Source: Candidatus Multivorans sp. (GTDB lineage Bacteria > Acidobacteriota > Thermoanaerobaculia > Multivoradales > Multivoraceae). From it: DNA of 64,000 bases. How positions within the stretch are numbered: position 1 is the stretch's first letter; each line of letters begins with the position of its first letter. Shown here in pieces: positions 51,571 through 61,743 of the stretch. The stretch spans positions 1,728,001 through 1,792,000 of the forward strand of contig OZ245033.1 in the NCBI GenBank assembly GCA_965224025.1, given 5' to 3'. The translations under genes were made by a program, and so were the position numbers. Below the pieces are notes generated by a model. It had not been told where the DNA came from, ran no database searches, and saw only the letters and a program-made list of their open reading frames with translations.

Positions 51571-54183
51571 ATGGCCAACCGTTCCCGGACCGCAACCCGC
51601 TTCGCCCACCTCCTTCCGCTGATCCTGACCTTCGTCGCCTATGGCTGCGCCATCAGCGACTCAGGCGACTACCTGAGCGCGGACCTGCGCCAACGCGTCG
51701 AAGCGCTCAAACTGGAGGCGCCCGAAAGCACCGACGACGTCGCCGTCCTGAGCGACCGCCTCGAAACCCTCTGGCAGTGGGCGAACGCTTACTCGCTCAC
51801 CGGGGGCCCGATTCCGGACGCTTTTCCACAACTCGTCGCCAACGTGAATCGCACGCTGCGGGGGATCGGGGGCGGTGCCGTGGTCCCGGCTGACTTCATC
51901 CCCGATTTCATTCGGCTCTACACCCGCGAGTTCCAGATCAAGGACGAGCACCCCGGCGCGTTGGGCTCGCTACGTTTCGACCCGCCCGGGCCCTTCCACG
52001 CGGGCGACCAGGTCGAGATCCGGCAGATCTACACCGTCGGCACACTGGGCATGGCGAAGGGCGGCGGCATCCTGGTCCGGGCCGCCCGGACCGGCATTCA
52101 GGCCGAAGATCGGGTCGGCCGGAACTACGTCACCGTCGGAAGCTCGAATCCCGACGCGACGCTGACCGCCAGCGAGCCCTGGGGCAACTGGCAGGGGATG
52201 CACTTTCGCCCCCGGTCCGGCCCGGTGCGCCCAGGCGTACCGCGCACCCTGATTCCGTTCCGTCTGAGCGGAGCGGCTCTAGAAGAAGGCGACACGATCA
52301 CCATCACCTACGGCGACACGTCCGGCGGTGGACCCGGCTTCCGGCTCCAGGAGTCGTCGAGCGACCAGGTGATCCTCCATATCTACGCCGACATCGAGGG
52401 CAACGGCGACCTGTTCCGCCCCGCCTGGCCGTCGTTCGAGGTGCTGGGCCGTGAGGAGGTCCGCTACGTCAACGCAGTGGCACCTTCCATCGTGGCGCCG
52501 AACGAGCCCTTCACACTGGCAGTGCGCGCCGAGGACCGGATGAAGAACCCGTCTTCGGCCCTGATGCCCGCCCTTGCGGTGTACCTCAACGGCGAACCGT
52601 TCCGAACCATCGCGCACGGCAGTCCGGCGATCTCGCTGCTCGAGGACGTCGCCCTCGCCGAGCCCGGCGTCTACCGCTTCGCCGTACAGAACGAGGACGG
52701 ATCGATCCGGGCAACGAGCAATCCCGTCCGCGTCGAGCAAGACCCGGCAAACCGCGTCTACTGGGGCGAGACCCACGGCCACACCGCCTTCGCCGAGGGC
52801 CAGGGGTCGCCGGACGGGTACTACCGGTTCGGTCGCGACGTGGCCCGGCTCGACTTCCTGAGCCTCTCCGAGCACGACATCTGGATGGACGACAGCGAGT
52901 GGCGGAAGCTGCAGAACCTGGTCGAGGAGTACCGGATCGAAGGTGAGTTCACGACCATCCTCGGCTTCGAGTGGACCTCGCGGTCGCCGCTCGGCGGGCA
53001 CCACAACGTCTTCTTCCGGGATACGCCCGGCCGCAGCCGGGTCCAGAATCAGAAGGCGCCCCTGCTCGACGAGCTGTACGCCGGACTCCGCAGCGAGAAC
53101 AGCACCGACGACGTGCTCGTCATCCCGCACGCGCACCAACCCGGCGACTGGACGAACAGCGATCCGGAGATGGAACGCCTGGTCGAGATCCAGTCCGGCC
53201 ACGGCACCTTCGACTGGTTCGGCAACAAGTACCTGCAGAACGGGTTCGAGGTCGGCTTCATCGGCGCGTCCGACAATCACAACGGACACCCGGGCTACTC
53301 AGGGATCGGCAACCGGCAGTTGGGCGGCCTGGCTGCCGTCATCGCGCCGGAGAACAACGCGGACGCGATCTTCAGCGCCCTGCGCGATCGCGCCGCCTAC
53401 GCCACGACCGGCGAACGAATCCTCCTCGAAGCGACGCTGAACGGCGCCCGAATGGGAACGCGCCAGGACGACGCCGAGGCGCGCCGGATCGACTGCCGGG
53501 TGAACGGCACGGCGCCCATCGACGCGATCGACGTGATCAAGAACGGCAACGTCGTCTACACCAGGAGGTACCTCGAGAGCGAACTGTCCGAAGAGGCTCG
53601 GGTGCAGATCACTTTCGAGTCGTCGACCGAGATCCACGGCGAACGCACGCCGCCCCGCGGCGGCCGGCCGTGGAAGGGGTCCATCAGCGTCACTGGAGCG
53701 ACGCTGGTCGGGTACGACCACCCCTGGTTCACTCAGCCCGCGACCTATCGCGCCGCGCGCCCAACGGATGATCGCAACCGGATCGACTTCGACTTCCCCA
53801 CTCGCGGGCGCCCGAAGTCCCTGGTCCTTGAGTTGCGCGGCGCCAACCCGGACACCGTGGTCACTGTCGACATGGAGACGACGACCGAGAGCCGCGGTTC
53901 GGGCGGCTACCTTCGCGTGCCCCAGGAGCTGCCGGCGAACACGGTCCGCTTCCGCCTGGGCGATCTCTTGGGTCAGGTCGACCGCCGCGAGTACCAGGTG
54001 CTCGGGCACACCGACGCCCTCTCCGCGCAGGTCGTGACCGAAGGCAGGGCCCTGGACCAGGAGTTCACCTTCACCGACCAGGGTGAGGCCCGACCGGGCG
54101 ACTACTACTACCTGCGGGTCCGCCAGATCGACGGCAGCATGGCCTGGTCGAGTCCGTTCTGGGTGGGCGGCAACTCGGGATAG
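51571..54183 (+). CDS. DUF3604-like PHP-fold metallohydrolase, probable lipoprotein
   Basis: VAYGC lipobox, YWGETHGHT, LSEHD, GFEWT, GHHNV, IPHAH, GASDNH, YATTGERI, YYYLRVRQIDG.MAWSSPFWV. Confidence 0.8.
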   Translation: MANRSRTATRFAHLLPLILTFVAYGCAISDSGDYLSADLRQRVEALKLEAPESTDDVAVLSDRLETLWQWANAYSLTGGPIPDAFPQLVANVNRTLRGIGGGAVVPADFIPDFIRLYTREFQIKDEHPGALGSLRFDPPGPFHAGDQVEIRQIYTVGTLGMAKGGGILVRAARTGIQAEDRVGRNYVTVGSSNPDATLTASEPWGNWQGMHFRPRSGPVRPGVPRTLIPFRLSGAALEEGDTITITYGDTSGGGPGFRLQESSSDQVILHIYADIEGNGDLFRPAWPSFEVLGREEVRYVNAVAPSIVAPNEPFTLAVRAEDRMKNPSSALMPALAVYLNGEPFRTIAHGSPAISLLEDVALAEPGVYRFAVQNEDGSIRATSNPVRVEQDPANRVYWGETHGHTAFAEGQGSPDGYYRFGRDVARLDFLSLSEHDIWMDDSEWRKLQNLVEEYRIEGEFTTILGFEWTSRSPLGGHHNVFFRDTPGRSRVQNQKAPLLDELYAGLRSENSTDDVLVIPHAHQPGDWTNSDPEMERLVEIQSGHGTFDWFGNKYLQNGFEVGFIGASDNHNGHPGYSGIGNRQLGGLAAVIAPENNADAIFSALRDRAAYATTGERILLEATLNGARMGTRQDDAEARRIDCRVNGTAPIDAIDVIKNGNVVYTRRYLESELSEEARVQITFESSTEIHGERTPPRGGRPWKGSISVTGATLVGYDHPWFTQPATYRAARPTDDRNRIDFDFPTRGRPKSLVLELRGANPDTVVTVDMETTTESRGSGGYLRVPQELPANTVRFRLGDLLGQVDRREYQVLGHTDALSAQVVTEGRALDQEFTFTDQGEARPGDYYYLRVRQIDGSMAWSSPFWVGGNSG

Positions 54184-54209
54184 CGCCGGCAGAGACCGGC
54201 GCTTCGCGC

Positions 54210-54238
54210 CGGATGCGGGCGAGACGCCCGCGTTCCCT
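54210..54238 (-). repeat. REP-like palindrome
   Basis: CGGATGCGGGCGAGACGCCCGCGTTCCCT, a reverse-complement variant of the 41896 unit. Confidence 0.7.
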
Positions 54239-54300
54239 GAGGGCGGAGCGACGTATCGGCGGTAGGATCCCAGGACAACCGTAGAACAAGGAGATCCGAG

Positions 54301-55374
54301 ATGCGGAAGACCCTCGCGCTGTTGTCCATGCTGATCGTGTCGGGCGCCGGCGCGGTCGCAGCCGCGGCCGCCGACGACATCCCCCGAACCGCCAACGGCA
54401 AACCGGACTTCACCGGCCGCTACGACATCCGCTCGTTGACGCCCTTCGAGCGCCTACCCGAGCGCGGCGAGAAACTCGTACTCAGTCCAGAGGAGGCGGC
54501 CGAGGTCGAGGCCGCCCAGGCTCAGCGGGTGCTGGCCGGCGACGCGGCCAGTGCGCCGGATCGCCCGCCGCCGGAGAAGGGTGCCTTCATCGACCGGCAA
54601 AGCTACAACTACGCCTGGTTCGATCCGGGCCACACGATGTTCAGGATCGACGGCAAGTACCGTACGTCCATCCTGACGAACCCCCCGAACGGACGGATGC
54701 CGCCGCTGACGGAAGAAGCCCAGAAGAATCGTGGGGCCCTGCCCAGGTTCATCTGGATGAACGATGACGGTACGGCCTGGTGGCTGGAGTCGGGCGACAC
54801 CCCCTTTGACAGCCCGGAGACAATGGTCCTCGGCGTGCGCTGCATCTACCAGCCAGGCGCTTCGATCCCGATCCGCACGATCTCCTACAACAACCTGAAG
54901 ACCCTGGTGCAGACGGACGACTATCTGATGATCCACATCGAGTGGATGCACTGGACGCGGGTCGTACGGATTGACGCGGGGCACTCGTCAACGCCGTACC
55001 GTTCCTACTCCGGCGACTCGATCGGCTGGTGGGAGGGCGACACCCTGGTCGTCGAGACGACGAACTTCCGTCGTGAAGCAGCGCCCCAGATGTTGCACGG
55101 TCGAAAGTCGGCGGGCGTGCCGCGTGGAGCGATGAAGGTCACCGAACGCTTCAGCCCGATCGACGGCCAGTCTCTGCTCTACCAGTTCGAAGTCGAGGAC
55201 GAGGAGTACACGGCGCCCTACGGCGGCGAGATGCCGTGGCCAATGACGGACCAGTACAACTACGAGTACGCCTGCCACGAGGGCAACTACTCGATGCTGG
55301 GGCAACTCAAGGGGGCGCGGCAGCTCGAGAAGGAGTGGATCGCGGCCGGCAAGCCGGTGAAGGACGGGGAGTAA
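54301..55374 (+). CDS. Conserved secreted hypothetical protein
   Basis: Signal peptide, PRTANGKPDFTG, GDSIGWWEGDTLVVETTNF, YEYACHEGNY. Confidence 0.78.
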   Translation: MRKTLALLSMLIVSGAGAVAAAAADDIPRTANGKPDFTGRYDIRSLTPFERLPERGEKLVLSPEEAAEVEAAQAQRVLAGDAASAPDRPPPEKGAFIDRQSYNYAWFDPGHTMFRIDGKYRTSILTNPPNGRMPPLTEEAQKNRGALPRFIWMNDDGTAWWLESGDTPFDSPETMVLGVRCIYQPGASIPIRTISYNNLKTLVQTDDYLMIHIEWMHWTRVVRIDAGHSSTPYRSYSGDSIGWWEGDTLVVETTNFRREAAPQMLHGRKSAGVPRGAMKVTERFSPIDGQSLLYQFEVEDEEYTAPYGGEMPWPMTDQYNYEYACHEGNYSMLGQLKGARQLEKEWIAAGKPVKDGE

Positions 55375-55397
55375 CCCGGCGTTCAGAGGCCGCCTGC

Positions 55398-55431
55398 GGC
55401 GGATGCGGGCAGGGATGCCCGCGTTCCCAGG
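55398..55431 (-). repeat. REP-like palindrome between convergent genes
   Basis: GGCGGATGCGGGCAGGGATGCCCGCGTTCCCAGG is a near-exact reverse complement of 41895-41927. Confidence 0.78.
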
Positions 55432-55450
55432 CTGGCTGCCGGCAGTCCAG

Positions 55451-56305
55451 TCAGATCATGCTGTAGCCGGAGCCCTGCCGCTCCGTGCCGAGCCCGCGCG
55501 CTTTCTCGATCCAGCCGAACTCCTCCAGGATCGCCTGGCTGTAGGTCACCAGGCCGGTGACCCGGTCGAGCGGTTCGGTGGCGAGCAGGAGCGCGGCCTG
55601 GGCCATGATCTCGACGGTCTCGGCTTCGTTCGGGTCGCGGCCTTCCATCAGCCGGTGGTGGATGACGCCGGGAGTCGGCACGATCTGGGACGGGCTGTAG
55701 CAGGTCACCGAGACCCCGTGTTCGTAGACCTCGGAGGCGAGGCCCTGGGTGAAGCGCTCCAGGGCCGCCTTCTCGGCGCCGTACAGCGAGCCGCCCGCGA
55801 ACTGCGGACCCTTGTAGGGACCGCGGCCGGGGCCGATCGCGGCGCCCGAAGAGACGTTGACGATGCTGCCGGAACCGCGTTCGATCATCTCGGGCAGCAC
55901 GAGCTTGGAGAGGTAGAACGGCGCGTGGAAGTTGACCGCGGTCGAGCGGTGCCACTTGTTGATCGGAAAGTCGACCACGGGGATGAAGTAGGTCAGGGCA
56001 GCGTTGTTGATCAGCACGTCGACCGGCCCGAGCGTGTCGCGCACCTCGTTCACCAGCCGCTCGCAGTTGTCGTACTCGGAGACGTCGCAGGCGAAAGCGG
56101 TCGCGTTCCCGCCGGCGGCCCGGATTTCCTCGATCGTCTCCTCGAGCGAGCCGCCAAGATAGTGGCCGCCTTCGGACAGCGTGCGTGCCGTGCAGGCAAC
56201 CCGCGCGCCGTGTTCCGCGAACAGTTCGGCGATCGCCTTGCCGATGCCGCGGCTCGCTCCGGTCACCAGCGCGACCTTGCCTTCGAGCTTCTCTGCTTGT
56301 GTCAA
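55451..56305 (-). CDS. SDR-family oxidoreductase
   Basis: TTG start after AGGAGG; VTGASRGIG, NNAA, NVSSG, YGAEK (YxxxK). Confidence 0.9.
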   Translation of the reverse strand: MTQAEKLEGKVALVTGASRGIGKAIAELFAEHGARVACTARTLSEGGHYLGGSLEETIEEIRAAGGNATAFACDVSEYDNCERLVNEVRDTLGPVDVLINNAALTYFIPVVDFPINKWHRSTAVNFHAPFYLSKLVLPEMIERGSGSIVNVSSGAAIGPGRGPYKGPQFAGGSLYGAEKAALERFTQGLASEVYEHGVSVTCYSPSQIVPTPGVIHHRLMEGRDPNEAETVEIMAQAALLLATEPLDRVTGLVTYSQAILEEFGWIEKARGLGTERQGSGYSMI

Positions 56306-56318
56306 TGGCCTTCCTCCT

Positions 56319-57791
56319 TCATCCAACGTAGGCGTTTCGATATCGGTCCCGCAGCACGTTCTTCTGTACCTTTCCCATCGCGTTGCGCGGCAGTTCGTCG
56401 ACCCAGTAGAAGCGTCGCGGGTGCTTGAATCGGGCCAGATCCGCATCGAGCGCGGAGCGGAGCGTATCGTCGCCGACCGGCGTATCCTCGGCCACCAGCA
56501 CGGCCACGACGCCCTCGCCCAGGTCGGCGTGCGGCGCGCCGACGACCGCTGACTCCTGAACACCCGCCACCTCGTCCAGGCGATCCTCGACTTCCTTCGA
56601 GTACACGTTCAATCCGCCGGCGATGATCAGGTCCTTGCCGCGGCCAACCAGGGTCAGCCGACCCTCGTCGTCGACGCTGGCGAGGTCGCCGGTGATGAAG
56701 AATCCGTCGCCACGCATCTCTTCGGCCGTTTTGTCCGGCAGCCCCCAGTAGCCCGGGAACAGGTTCGGGCCTCGGATCTCCAGCATGCCGACTTCGTTCG
56801 CGGACCGTTCGGCGCCGCTTTCCGCCACCACCCGCACCTCGACATCCGGCAGAGGAAAGCCCACCGTGCCCGCCACGCGTTCCCCGCGCAGCGGGTTCGA
56901 CGTGATCATCCCCGCCTCGGTCATGCCGTAGCGCTCCAGGATCCGGTGCCCGGTCCGGGCCTCGAAGTCGCCGAAGGTCGCCTCGGTCAGCGGCGCCGAG
57001 CCGGAAACGAACAACCGAATGCCCTCGCAGTCCGCGCTGCCGAAGCCCGGCGCCGCCAGCAGCCGCGAGTAGAACGTCGGCACGCCCATCAGGACCGTCG
57101 CCTCGGGCAGCAGACGGCGCACCGCCACGACGTCGAACGCGGGCAGGAAGAGGATCTTCGAAGCGTTCAGGAACGCCGTGTGCAAAGCCACGAACAACCC
57201 GTGGACGTGAAAGATCGGTAGCGCGTGGAGCAACACGTCGCCCGATTCGAAGCCCCAGATCTCGTGCAGAGCGAGCGCGTTCGAGGTCAGATTCCCGTGC
57301 GTGATCATCGCGCCCTTGGACCGACCTGTGGTGCCCGACGTGTAGCAGATCGCGGCCAGGTCGTCGTCCGCCCGGGGTTGGATTGCCGGGTCCGGCGCGA
57401 GCGTCTGCGCCTCACGCCAGAGCGCGTCGATATCGACGGCGTCCGGCCCGGCCCCCGCGCCCCACACGACGACCCGAGGCGACGCATCGTTGACGAAGAA
57501 GTCCACTTCCCGCTCGGTGTAGGCCGCATTCAAGGGCACGTACACGCCGCCGCAGCGCAACACGCCCAAGTAGAGGGCCACCGCCTCCATCGATTTCGGC
57601 ACCTGCACCAGCACCCGGTCGCCCGGCTCAACGCCCCGTTTGCGCAGCGCGGCTGCGAACCGGGCCGACGCGTGGTCCAGATCGCCGTACGTCCATTCCG
57701 TGTTCGCGCCGTCGCCGCCCCGCAGCACGAGGCTCGGGCGATCCAGCGAGGGTTCGAAGCGTTCGCGGAGGAGGCCGAAGAGGTTCGTCAT
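56319..57791 (-). CDS. matB: Malonyl-CoA synthetase-like acyl-CoA ligase
   Basis: YTSGTTGRSKGAM, HALPIFHVHGLFVA, MGVPTFYSRLL, ERYGMTE, LPRNAMGKVQKN. Confidence 0.85.
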   Translation of the reverse strand: MTNLFGLLRERFEPSLDRPSLVLRGGDGANTEWTYGDLDHASARFAAALRKRGVEPGDRVLVQVPKSMEAVALYLGVLRCGGVYVPLNAAYTEREVDFFVNDASPRVVVWGAGAGPDAVDIDALWREAQTLAPDPAIQPRADDDLAAICYTSGTTGRSKGAMITHGNLTSNALALHEIWGFESGDVLLHALPIFHVHGLFVALHTAFLNASKILFLPAFDVVAVRRLLPEATVLMGVPTFYSRLLAAPGFGSADCEGIRLFVSGSAPLTEATFGDFEARTGHRILERYGMTEAGMITSNPLRGERVAGTVGFPLPDVEVRVVAESGAERSANEVGMLEIRGPNLFPGYWGLPDKTAEEMRGDGFFITGDLASVDDEGRLTLVGRGKDLIIAGGLNVYSKEVEDRLDEVAGVQESAVVGAPHADLGEGVVAVLVAEDTPVGDDTLRSALDADLARFKHPRRFYWVDELPRNAMGKVQKNVLRDRYRNAYVG

Positions 57792-57848
57792 GAGAAACTG
57801 GTCTCGGTCGGAAGATCGACGATCCTACGCGTGTTGCAGACTTGGTCC

Positions 57849-59216
57849 ATGCCCCCGATCCGTGCGCCCCTCTGTTCCCGGCGTCCCAGAGCGCTGCCCC
57901 TGCTCGCCGCCTTCCTGGTGGCGGTTCTCACCGCCTGCACGGACGATCCGGTCTCCGAGACCGTGACGCTCGAGTTCTTCCCGGAGTCGGCGGACGCACC
58001 GAACGCTGCCGGAGACGATGCCGGCGCCGCGGCGCCGGACACCGCCGGCTACGTGCGAGTCGAGGCTCAGGTCGATATCCGCCGCCACATGATTCCGAAG
58101 GACAACTCCCTCAGTGCGCGCCGCATCAACGACCGCACCGAAGCGCTGATGAACGAGCTCGACCCGTGGCACATCCGGTTCGACCGCCTCTTCGAGCCGA
58201 TCGCCGACGGCGCCGAGTGGCGGCGGGCCGGAAGAGAACTCACCAGCTACCGTCGCTGGGCGCTGGCGGCCGACCCGAACACCGCGCTCCAGGACTTCTT
58301 CGTCGACACCCCGATGCGCCCCGTCTTCGAGGTCTGGGACAGAGAACGCCGGTTGCCCGATCAGAGCCGGCCGCCGCCCCAGACCGTCACCCTGGCGTTC
58401 GTGTTTGCGGGCGGTACCCGGGCGACGGCGGGCGAGTCGACCGCCACCTACCGCGGCTTTCGCACCTTCGCAGCCGATGCCGCGCGCTACCAGCGTCGCG
58501 TCTCGACCCTGTGGAAGTACATGGACGAGAATCCGGGCCGCCGCTTCGAGACTCTGCGCGGACTGTTCGCCGCCGCAGACGGCGATGAACTGCCGGAGTC
58601 GCAGTTGATAGCAAGACCGCGGGAACTGGCGCCGCGGGCGGCGCCGCCGCCGGTCCGCCGTGGTTCCGAGAATCTCCCGCGGCTCCGCGACCTCGAGATC
58701 GAGTTGATCGAGAGAGTCGTCACCGCCGGCGAACCACTGGTCCAGATCTTCGAAGTGCCCAAGGACGACTCTTTCACCCTGCAGGAGCTGTCGCGCCGCG
58801 TGTTCGACCCCTTCCCGGGCGTCGTCACCGCCAAGCCTGACGGCGCCGTCGTGGAAGCGATCGGATTCGTCGAGAGCGGCGGCGGCTACCGCATCCCCTC
58901 ACTTGACCTCTGGAGCGCCTACCGGGCCCTGGATGGCCTGTTCGTGTCGCCCGATCCGCTCGTCTTTCTGCTCGAGACCCAGCAGGACGACTTCGGTTGC
59001 GACAAGGACGACGACGCCTGCAGGAACAGCGCGCGGGTCGCCGCCTTCCTCCAGAGCGGCGCCCTCAGGGCCAGCCCCGGCTCCTCGACCCGGATCCAGC
59101 AGGCACTGGAGGCCGAACTGCGTCCCCTCGACGAGTACCGCCTGGTCTGGATCCGCGGCGGCGCCGACGAGAACACGGGGGAAGCCGCCGAGACAGTCGT
59201 CGAGACTGGCGAGTAG
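57849..59216 (+). CDS. Hypothetical lipoprotein
   Basis: Lipobox VLTAC, 455-aa ORF with GC3-biased codons, no recognised domain. Confidence 0.65.
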   Translation: MPPIRAPLCSRRPRALPLLAAFLVAVLTACTDDPVSETVTLEFFPESADAPNAAGDDAGAAAPDTAGYVRVEAQVDIRRHMIPKDNSLSARRINDRTEALMNELDPWHIRFDRLFEPIADGAEWRRAGRELTSYRRWALAADPNTALQDFFVDTPMRPVFEVWDRERRLPDQSRPPPQTVTLAFVFAGGTRATAGESTATYRGFRTFAADAARYQRRVSTLWKYMDENPGRRFETLRGLFAAADGDELPESQLIARPRELAPRAAPPPVRRGSENLPRLRDLEIELIERVVTAGEPLVQIFEVPKDDSFTLQELSRRVFDPFPGVVTAKPDGAVVEAIGFVESGGGYRIPSLDLWSAYRALDGLFVSPDPLVFLLETQQDDFGCDKDDDACRNSARVAAFLQSGALRASPGSSTRIQQALEAELRPLDEYRLVWIRGGADENTGEAAETVVETGE

Positions 59217-59402
59217 GAGCTTGCGCCGCAGAACAGGGCGGAGTGCGTTCGAAGGCTCAAGGTCCTAGTGCGGTACGGGTCTGGCGGCGAACCCAGCCGG
59301 GGCCGGTACAATCCGGCGCTGAGTTACTGAGCGCGAAGCGGTGGAGCCACGGTCTGCTGAATCGGGAACCGCCGCGCAAGACTTGATCTTCACGAGGTGC
59401 CG

Positions 59403-60536
59403 ATGACCCGTTCGACCTTCATCCGACCCAAACTGTGTCCGTGCCGCGCCGCGGCGCTTCCCATTGCCGTCCTCCTGCTCCTGGCGGCCGCCGGTTCGGC
59501 CACCGCGCAGCGGCCCTACCCGCCCGACATGGAGGGAACGACCGCGGAGGTCTACCGCACCGTCGGCGATGTCGAACTGAACATCTACCTGTGCAACCCC
59601 GAGGGCCACTCGGCCGAGGACGAGAGACCCGCGATCGTCTTCTTCTTCGGCGGCGGCTGGCGTTCCGGTTCCCCGCAGCAGTTCCTGCCCCACTGCCGCT
59701 ACCTCGCCGACCGCGGGATGGTCGCCGCCGTCGCCGACTACCGGGTCGCCAGCCGCCACGGAGTAACGGCGAACGAATGCGTCGCAGACGCCAAAAGCGC
59801 GGTTCGCTGGCTGCGGGCGAACGCGGACCGGCTGGGCATCGATCCCGACCGGATCGCCGCGGGCGGCGGATCGGCGGGCGGCCATCTGGCCGCGGCCACG
59901 GCCACTCTGCCGGGGCACGATCCCGATCCCGACGGCCCGAGCCCGGCCCCCAACGCTCTGGTCCTGTTCAATCCCGCGACCGTTCTGGCGCCGGCCGAAG
60001 GAGATCCACCGCCAACCGACGAGACGCGCGAGCGGCTCGGAGCGCTCACCGAGCGCCTCGGCGCGCCGGCGGAGTCGATGTCCCCGTATCACCATCTGCG
60101 GCCGGGACTGCCTCCGACCATCATCTTCCATGGCACCGCCGACCAGACCGTCGCCCACAGCACCGCCGAGCGGTTCTGCAACGGCCTGAGAAAAGTCGGC
60201 GCCCGTTGCGATCTCGTGAGCTACGGCGGCGAAGGGCACGGCTTCTTCAACTACGACGGCGAGGGGGAGAGCAAGAACAAGAACTACGACAACACCGTCT
60301 ACCGAATGGACGGTTTCCTGTACACCCTGGAATGGCTTGACCCCAGGCCGAACCCGGACGGCACGCCCCGGAAACGACCGACCTGGCTGGACTCCTTCGG
60401 CGCAGCTCTGGAGAACGCGCCCGGCACGTTCCAGGACCCGACGCCGCAATCCGACGGCGAAGCGAAGGCCGAAGCCGGAGAGGGCGGCGAGAAGACCGAG
60501 GCGAGTTCCGAAGGCGATCCTCCGGACGGCCCATGA
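59403..60536 (+). CDS. Secreted alpha/beta hydrolase (esterase, HSL/BD-FAE-like)
   Basis: FFGGGW oxyanion motif, GGSAGGHLA nucleophile, FHGTADQTV, GHGFFN. Confidence 0.88.
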   Translation: MTRSTFIRPKLCPCRAAALPIAVLLLLAAAGSATAQRPYPPDMEGTTAEVYRTVGDVELNIYLCNPEGHSAEDERPAIVFFFGGGWRSGSPQQFLPHCRYLADRGMVAAVADYRVASRHGVTANECVADAKSAVRWLRANADRLGIDPDRIAAGGGSAGGHLAAATATLPGHDPDPDGPSPAPNALVLFNPATVLAPAEGDPPPTDETRERLGALTERLGAPAESMSPYHHLRPGLPPTIIFHGTADQTVAHSTAERFCNGLRKVGARCDLVSYGGEGHGFFNYDGEGESKNKNYDNTVYRMDGFLYTLEWLDPRPNPDGTPRKRPTWLDSFGAALENAPGTFQDPTPQSDGEAKAEAGEGGEKTEASSEGDPPDGP

Positions 60537-61729
60537 GGACAGCGAGCCTCCACGCGAATGACCTGGATGAGCCGCGACCAGGAACTCGGCATGTCTACGC
60601 CGCCACCAGCACCCCGAGCAACGACTGGTACGGGGGCCACCGCCCGGGCAATGGCCTGTTCGCCGAGTCGATCCTGGCCCTCGACGCCGGGAGCGGCGAG
60701 CGGCAGTGGCACTTCCAGGCCGTCCAGCATGGCCTCTGGGACTTCGACTTCCCGGCCGCGCCCGTGCTCGCCGATATCGTCGTCGACGGCAAGGCAATCC
60801 GCGCCTTGGCGCAGCCTTCCAAGCAGGCGTTCCTCTACGTCTTCGACCGGGAGACCGGCGAGCCGGTCTGGCCGATCGTCGACCTGCCCGCGCCGCCGTC
60901 CGAAGTCCCCGGCGAGCAGGCCTGGCCGCCCCAGCCGCATCCGACCTGGCCCCTGCCCTACGACCTCCAGGGACTCGCCATCTCCGACCTGATCGACTTC
61001 ACGCCCGAGTTGCGGGCGATGGCTCTCGAGTACGTCTCCCAGTACCGCATCGGCCCGATCTTCCAGCCACCGACGCTGATCGAGGGGCCGGACGCCAAAG
61101 CCACGATCCAGGTACCCGGGGCTGTCGGCGGCACCAACTGAAACGGCGCCGCCCTCGATCCGGAGACGAAAGTGCTCTACCTGCCGTCCGTCACCGTGCC
61201 GGCGATCCTGGGCCCGTGCCCGCCGCCCGACCCCGCGCGTTCCAACCTGCGCTACCGGGTCGACCTGAGCGAGGCCGACGGCTACGAGTGGGCCACCCTG
61301 CCGATCACGAAACCGCCCTACGGACGCCTCACCGCGATCGACCTCGACACCGGCGAGCACCCGTGGATGGTGCCGAACGGCGACGGACCGCGCGATCACC
61401 CCGCACTCGCCCACTTCGACCTGCCGCCGCTCGGCCAGCAGGGCCGCGTGTCCGCCCTGGTCACGAAGACCCTGGTCTTCCTCGCCGACGGCTCGAACTC
61501 GATGGTGGTCCAACCCGTGGGCGCCGGCAGCAGGAAGTTCCGGGCCTGCGACAAGACGAACGGCGAAGTCGTCTGGGAGATGGAGCTGCCGGCCGGCGTC
61601 AGCGGCGCGCCGATGACCTACCTCCACGAAGGCCGCCAGTACATCGTGATGGCGATCAGCGGGACCGGCTTCGAGGGTGAGTTGCTGGCCCTGGCGCTGC
61701 CCGAAGCACCGGCTGGCGCGGCCCCCTAG
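60533..61729 (+). pseudogene. C-terminal half of a PQQ-dependent (glucose/quinate) dehydrogenase
   Basis: DWYGGHRPGNGLFAES, WHFQAVQHGLWDFD, GGTN*NGAALDP (TGA at the usual Trp, 61139-61141), PMTYLHEGRQYI. Frameshift near 60590; N-terminal half missing. Confidence 0.82.
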
Positions 61730-61743
61730 GCCCACAGCGTCGA

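Noticed and set aside
59217-59400. Intergenic region as a possible riboswitch or ncRNA
   Set aside because: Only short stems and a TACAAT -10-like box; no recognisable RNA family.
61139-61141. TGA recoding as Trp or selenocysteine
   Set aside because: TGA serves as a normal stop throughout the window and the gene has other inactivating lesions.
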